64,000 nt of DNA from an uncultured cyanobacterium (GTDB taxonomy: Bacteria; Cyanobacteriota; Cyanobacteriia; Cyanobacteriales; CAWCAG01). The DNA lies in the NCBI GenBank assembly GCA_963793425.1, contig CAWCAG010000005.1, forward strand, positions 512,001 through 576,000, written 5' to 3'. Below the pieces are notes generated by a model, which was not told the DNA's origin, ran no database searches, and saw only the letters and a program-made list of their open reading frames with translations. How positions within the stretch are numbered: position 1 is the stretch's first letter; each line of letters opens with the position of its first letter. The position numbers were made by a program, and so were the translations under genes. Of this stretch, positions 59,669-64,000 are shown in pieces.

Positions 59669-61162
59669 ATGGTAATTTCTAACTCAGTTGTCAGAATTTA
59701 TACTCCTCCTACTTGTACCTTAAAAATTGTGGGTAAAAGTTCTCCTTTGGCACGTTGGGTAGGGGGAACAGTGTTGAAGAAAATGCGTTTCGAGTTACGC
59801 TTTGATGATCCTCGTAAGCATAAAGATCAGCAGATTAAAGTCAAAGGAGAACAAGAAGAATTAGAGTTGTTATCCGAAGTTGTCACAGAGTATATACAAA
59901 AATTCCTCCATCGTTCAGCTTTAGATTTGCCTTTGTTAACTCCAGAAGCAAGCACTTTAGAACGTTCTTTTTCCGAAGTCTTAAACAATCAAAGTGAGCA
60001 AGTCATTCCTTTTCCTGGGCTTGACAGTTCCGAACCAGAAACAGAAGGGGAAGAAGCACAAACATCCTCTCTGAGTCCCCCTCCTTTCGCAAGAGGCCCT
60101 CGTTTAGAGCCAAAGGGTTTGTTAGCTCATCAATTATATTTAGGTTACTTAGGAAGTGAGGAAACGGGAGAAAGTGTTGCCTTAAGCACTACACAACTAT
60201 TTGATTTAGCTACGGCTTTAGATGAGTATGCTGAAGATATCGTTGCTTTACCTTTCCTTAAAGATAGCGATCGCTCCGTAATCCCATACTGGGCAGGGAC
60301 TGCTGCTGCTGTGGTGATGGCTGTGGGCTTAACTGCTATTGGTATGAGAATGTTAGACAATTCTCCAGAAGCAGAAACCGTTGCTGATGCAGGAAGTCCT
60401 AATACCCAAGCCCCCATTGGTATTGTACCTCCTCCTTCTGCCCCGGCAGTTTCTCCTACTCCTACTCCCACTCTTCCCTCAGATTTAAAATCGAAAGAAA
60501 AACAAAAACCTCCTGGGCCTGTAAAAAGAGGCAGTGAGGGAAGCTTAACTCAACCTGGTGGTAATACAACCAGTGGCAGTGAAGTTACTACTGTTCCCAA
60601 TCAACCACCCAGAGTTTCCAATTCTAATCAAAAAACTATTCCTTCTGTGAGGCCAGCCCAACCAGCTAAGCCTCCTAATGTAGCCCCAGGAGCAACAGTT
60701 ATCAAACCCAATTTAAGACCCGCACCTCAAGAAATCAAGCCATCTGTCCCTTCTAGAAATGGGGAAACACCTAGTATACCAGGAAGGTTGCCATCCCTTG
60801 ATAATAATAAAAGGGTTGCTGGTGCAGGAGATGATCGTACTTTTAATACTCCCTCTTCTACTAGAGAAAGTCCCCTATCTGATGCGATATCTCAAGAGGC
60901 TGAGGTAAAAAGCTATTTTCAAAGAAATTGGAACCCTCCCCAAGGTTTTACCGAAACTTTGGAATATCGATTAGTTTTAGACAACGATGGTTCCTTGAGA
61001 ACCATTACTCCTATAGGAAGTGCTGCAAATACTCATATAGAATCTACTAATATGCCAAAATTGGGACTACAGTTTGTTTCACCATTTTCAGGGGGAGAAA
61101 GTAAGACTATTCGCTTGGTTCTTTATCCTGATAGTAAAGTAGCAACATTTTTAGAAAAGTAG
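59669..61162 (+). CDS. DUF4335 family protein with TM helix and proline-rich region
   Basis: YTPPTCTL, LSTTQLFDLATALDEY, TM helix, YFQRNWNPP...LEY C-terminal domain; follows DUF3038. Confidence 0.82.
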   Translation: MVISNSVVRIYTPPTCTLKIVGKSSPLARWVGGTVLKKMRFELRFDDPRKHKDQQIKVKGEQEELELLSEVVTEYIQKFLHRSALDLPLLTPEASTLERSFSEVLNNQSEQVIPFPGLDSSEPETEGEEAQTSSLSPPPFARGPRLEPKGLLAHQLYLGYLGSEETGESVALSTTQLFDLATALDEYAEDIVALPFLKDSDRSVIPYWAGTAAAVVMAVGLTAIGMRMLDNSPEAETVADAGSPNTQAPIGIVPPPSAPAVSPTPTPTLPSDLKSKEKQKPPGPVKRGSEGSLTQPGGNTTSGSEVTTVPNQPPRVSNSNQKTIPSVRPAQPAKPPNVAPGATVIKPNLRPAPQEIKPSVPSRNGETPSIPGRLPSLDNNKRVAGAGDDRTFNTPSSTRESPLSDAISQEAEVKSYFQRNWNPPQGFTETLEYRLVLDNDGSLRTITPIGSAANTHIESTNMPKLGLQFVSPFSGGESKTIRLVLYPDSKVATFLEK

Positions 61163-61172
61163 TAGTTAATTT

Positions 61173-64000
61173 CTAATTACTAACCGTTATATTCCGAAAA
61201 GCTATAGCTCCTTTAGCCAAAAGGGATTCCAAAGTTTCTAGTTTTTCTGGGGTAAATGCTCCGGAAACTAAATTATTTTCTAAATAGAGAATGCCGAGCA
61301 ATTTACTATCGTTAATGAAGGGGGTTGCCAGGAGCGATCGCGGTTGATATTTTTCAATATAAGGATCACGGCTAAAAGAACTTTCTTGTAGTGCATTACC
61401 AATAACTAGACTTTTTTTGGTGCGTTTGACATAATTAATCACACTAAAAGGTATTTTGAGGGCGTTGAGAGGTAGAGAATTAAGAACCTTAATTGCAAAA
61501 GGATCACTCCTTGCTTCAGCTTCAATCAGAAACTTCTCTTGCTTTGGTTTTGTTTCTGATCGATTTGGTAAGTATTGAGAATCTAAAACTAAAATTCCAA
61601 GTTGCGCCCCAGCATTTTTCAGGGAAACTTCTACTAATTTACTTAGTAATCTTTCTAAAGATAATTCTGAAGTAATAATCTCATGAGGACATGTCAATAT
61701 AGCTAAATCGTCAAGGTTTTGTGATTCTTCTGCCTGGATTTTTAAAAAAGGATAACGACTTTCCAATTCTTCGTACTTACTCTTTGCTCCCCATTTTAAA
61801 TAACAATAGTAAGCATCTTGAAGATAAGTTTGGGCAAGGTTGTTTTCTTGCCTACCTAGATAAAATTGACCAGCTAATTCATTACTTAAAGCTTCATCTT
61901 GAATAAATTCGTGCTTTTTAGCTAAATCGATTGCACATTCATAAGCCTGTGTTGCTTCTTGGTTAAAACCTAAAACTCTGTATCTTTCTGCTTCTACTAA
62001 ATAAAATTTATGGAGATGGTTTTGGGGTGCATATTCTACCCATTTCTGTAATTTCTTTTGGTTATGAGCTACTTTTTCAAGAATGGCTTTTTGTTCAGTT
62101 AAATTAGCTGTAGCATAAAGAGCTAACCTAGTGAGAGAATCATAGCAATGAAAAAGAGTGTAGGCGAACATTGCTTCAACTGATTTTAAATACTTTTGGG
62201 CTTGTTGGGAATGTTCTGAAGCCTGTTGATAATTTTGGAATAAGTAGCAAAGGATCAGTTTTTCTAAGTGTACTCTATGCAGCACTGAGCCATCTCCTGC
62301 TTCAAGATGAAGGGGAAGCATTTCTGCTTCTTGATAAGCTTCTCCATTTAATTGGCAAGGATGGGTTGATTCTCCTAATAAATTCAAGACAACTTGATGA
62401 TATAATTCATTCAAAGCCAAGTTTCTTTGCTGTTTAATTTGGCGAAGTATTTTACTGTAGCTAGCCATCTCTTGAGATAATGGTTTGAGTTCTTTACCTG
62501 TTAAATATGAGTAGTAGCAGTAAACAAAAGCACTATGAGAAACATATTCTAAATCTCCTGTTTCTAAGCCGAAAAAGTAAGCCTGTTGCAAAGAGTTTAA
62601 AGTGGCTTGCAAAGGTTCTTGACGATGGCGAATAAAGGTGTTGGCAACCAAAATAGTGCGGCATTTCAAAGGTGCTATTTCAGGTTTGTCAAAATTTTGT
62701 AAAAGGGTTAATGATAACTGTCCTAATTGATAAGCCAGATCAATATCTTCTAGCACTTTGCACATAATTAAACCAGAGGAAACATAGGCAAAGGCAGATT
62801 CTGGAGCATTACCATACTTAAGAGATAATGCTACTTCTTGAAAAACGATTGAGGGGAAAATTTGAGGAACAGCAAAAAAAGCAGCAGAACTAATACGAGA
62901 CATGATTTTCATTGCTGCTAGCTTGTAAGCATCCTGCATAAGAGGCTGATTTACTAAATCAGTAATCTCTTTACTCTCTAAACTTAATTTTGTTTTGAAA
63001 ATTCCTAACAAAATCTGGATTTTATTAGGGTGATGAGGAATAGTCACACCTAGAAACTTTAGTATAGTTAATCCTGTTTTAACTGCTGCTTGAGGCTTGT
63101 TTTGAGCAATATAAGCCTGGATTTCGATCTCATATACTTTTACCTGTTCTAAAAGAGAAGGAACATTTTTTTTAACTAAACTAATTAATTCCTCCATTGT
63201 GGAAAATCTACCATCAAGATAGGCTGTTTCTGCCGCTGCTTCATGAAGTTCTAAGGTAAGATAATAGTCACTTTGCCAACTAGATAGGTTTAAGAGCTGT
63301 AGACCTTGGCAAAAATAATTAAATGCCGTAGCATAAGCAGAAGAAGTTTGTGCTTTCTTTCCTGCATCTAAGTTCAATTGAGCTAACTTTAATCTCTCTG
63401 TTTCTTCCTCTATTAAATCAATACCTAAATTTAATTGATTAACAATCGTAAAAATTTGCTGCTCTCGGTTTTGGGGAGTTAGCCTATCAAGAAGCCTTTT
63501 ACCCACTTGATAGTGAAAAGCTGCTTTATCTTCCCCTAAAATAAGAGAATAGGCAGCCTGTTGAATACGATCATGGGCAAATTTATATTCAATATTTGAG
63601 ATATCTAACTCTTGGGATAAATCTTGCTGAATATCTAGTTCAATCAACTTATGCTTCTCACCAAGGGGTAAAATTAATCCCGCAGCGATCGCCCCTTTTA
63701 AAGCTAAAGCAGTTTCTTGGGAAGATTGATAAGAAATAATGCCCAACTTCTCTAGGTCAAAGCAACTACCAATACAAGCTGCTAGTTGTAAACTTTCTTG
63801 AGTTTTGATAGGCATTTTTTGTAGCTTATCAGTCATGAACTCCACCACATTATCAGTAAATTCTTGCCGATAAATACTCTCTAAATTCCAATACCATCCC
63901 CCAGGATTATCTTTTTTATCTAAATAACTAAAGTCAAAATAAACTAACTTTTCTGCATAAAGGCGCTTAATAAACTCATTAACAAAAAAAGGATTACCTC
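61173..64000 (-). CDS. C-terminal part of a STAND/AAA ATPase-TPR-GAF signalling protein, 5' end outside window
   Basis: The frame stays open past 63848 to the window edge (GNPFFVNEF...TDNVVE); FAHDRIQQAAY, TPR-like helices, GAF motif GILYLENN. Confidence 0.9.
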   Translation of the reverse strand, partial: GNPFFVNEFIKRLYAEKLVYFDFSYLDKKDNPGGWYWNLESIYRQEFTDNVVEFMTDKLQKMPIKTQESLQLAACIGSCFDLEKLGIISYQSSQETALALKGAIAAGLILPLGEKHKLIELDIQQDLSQELDISNIEYKFAHDRIQQAAYSLILGEDKAAFHYQVGKRLLDRLTPQNREQQIFTIVNQLNLGIDLIEEETERLKLAQLNLDAGKKAQTSSAYATAFNYFCQGLQLLNLSSWQSDYYLTLELHEAAAETAYLDGRFSTMEELISLVKKNVPSLLEQVKVYEIEIQAYIAQNKPQAAVKTGLTILKFLGVTIPHHPNKIQILLGIFKTKLSLESKEITDLVNQPLMQDAYKLAAMKIMSRISSAAFFAVPQIFPSIVFQEVALSLKYGNAPESAFAYVSSGLIMCKVLEDIDLAYQLGQLSLTLLQNFDKPEIAPLKCRTILVANTFIRHRQEPLQATLNSLQQAYFFGLETGDLEYVSHSAFVYCYYSYLTGKELKPLSQEMASYSKILRQIKQQRNLALNELYHQVVLNLLGESTHPCQLNGEAYQEAEMLPLHLEAGDGSVLHRVHLEKLILCYLFQNYQQASEHSQQAQKYLKSVEAMFAYTLFHCYDSLTRLALYATANLTEQKAILEKVAHNQKKLQKWVEYAPQNHLHKFYLVEAERYRVLGFNQEATQAYECAIDLAKKHEFIQDEALSNELAGQFYLGRQENNLAQTYLQDAYYCYLKWGAKSKYEELESRYPFLKIQAEESQNLDDLAILTCPHEIITSELSLERLLSKLVEVSLKNAGAQLGILVLDSQYLPNRSETKPKQEKFLIEAEARSDPFAIKVLNSLPLNALKIPFSVINYVKRTKKSLVIGNALQESSFSRDPYIEKYQPRSLLATPFINDSKLLGILYLENNLVSGAFTPEKLETLESLLAKGAIAFRNITVSN

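Noticed and set aside
2525..63692. Frequent GCGATCGC palindromes
   Set aside because: This is HIP1, a known genome-wide cyanobacterial feature; it was used only to infer the taxon.

Overview
64 kb of a cyanobacterial chromosome (many HIP1 GCGATCGC octamers, heptamer tandem repeats, cyanobacterial gene families). Most of it is housekeeping or metabolic: dacB-like (partial), gpsA, purK, pyrC-like, zds/crtQ, an nirA-nrtP-narB nitrate assimilation cluster with NtcA/NtcB-type sites, sulP-usp, gltA, sixA, carB and sat. The most unusual element is a TetR-MFP-RND locus (5506-12538). Its AcrB-type pump is fused in frame to a glutaredoxin (CQYC) and a tandem AhpD/CMD-like domain (CSYC..H), giving a 1616 aa candidate efflux-plus-thiol-redox detoxification system. 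Other notable items: an apparently soluble histidine kinase with a NarX/PilJ-like P-box and an upstream NtcA box; an NtcA-box-preceded 70 aa membrane microprotein beside narB; a RAYT transposase flanked by inverted REPIN-like units; an HTH-GrpE plus atypical Hsp70 module; a Tat-signal pseudo-orthocaspase; and a decaying defence/TA hotspot (44.2-47.8 kb) with Uma2, xisH and DUF5615 remnants, an apparently internally deleted DUF262-DUF1524 nuclease and adjacent MITEs. I recognised no rRNA, tRNA or CRISPR array. All family assignments are by motif recognition; no database searches were run.
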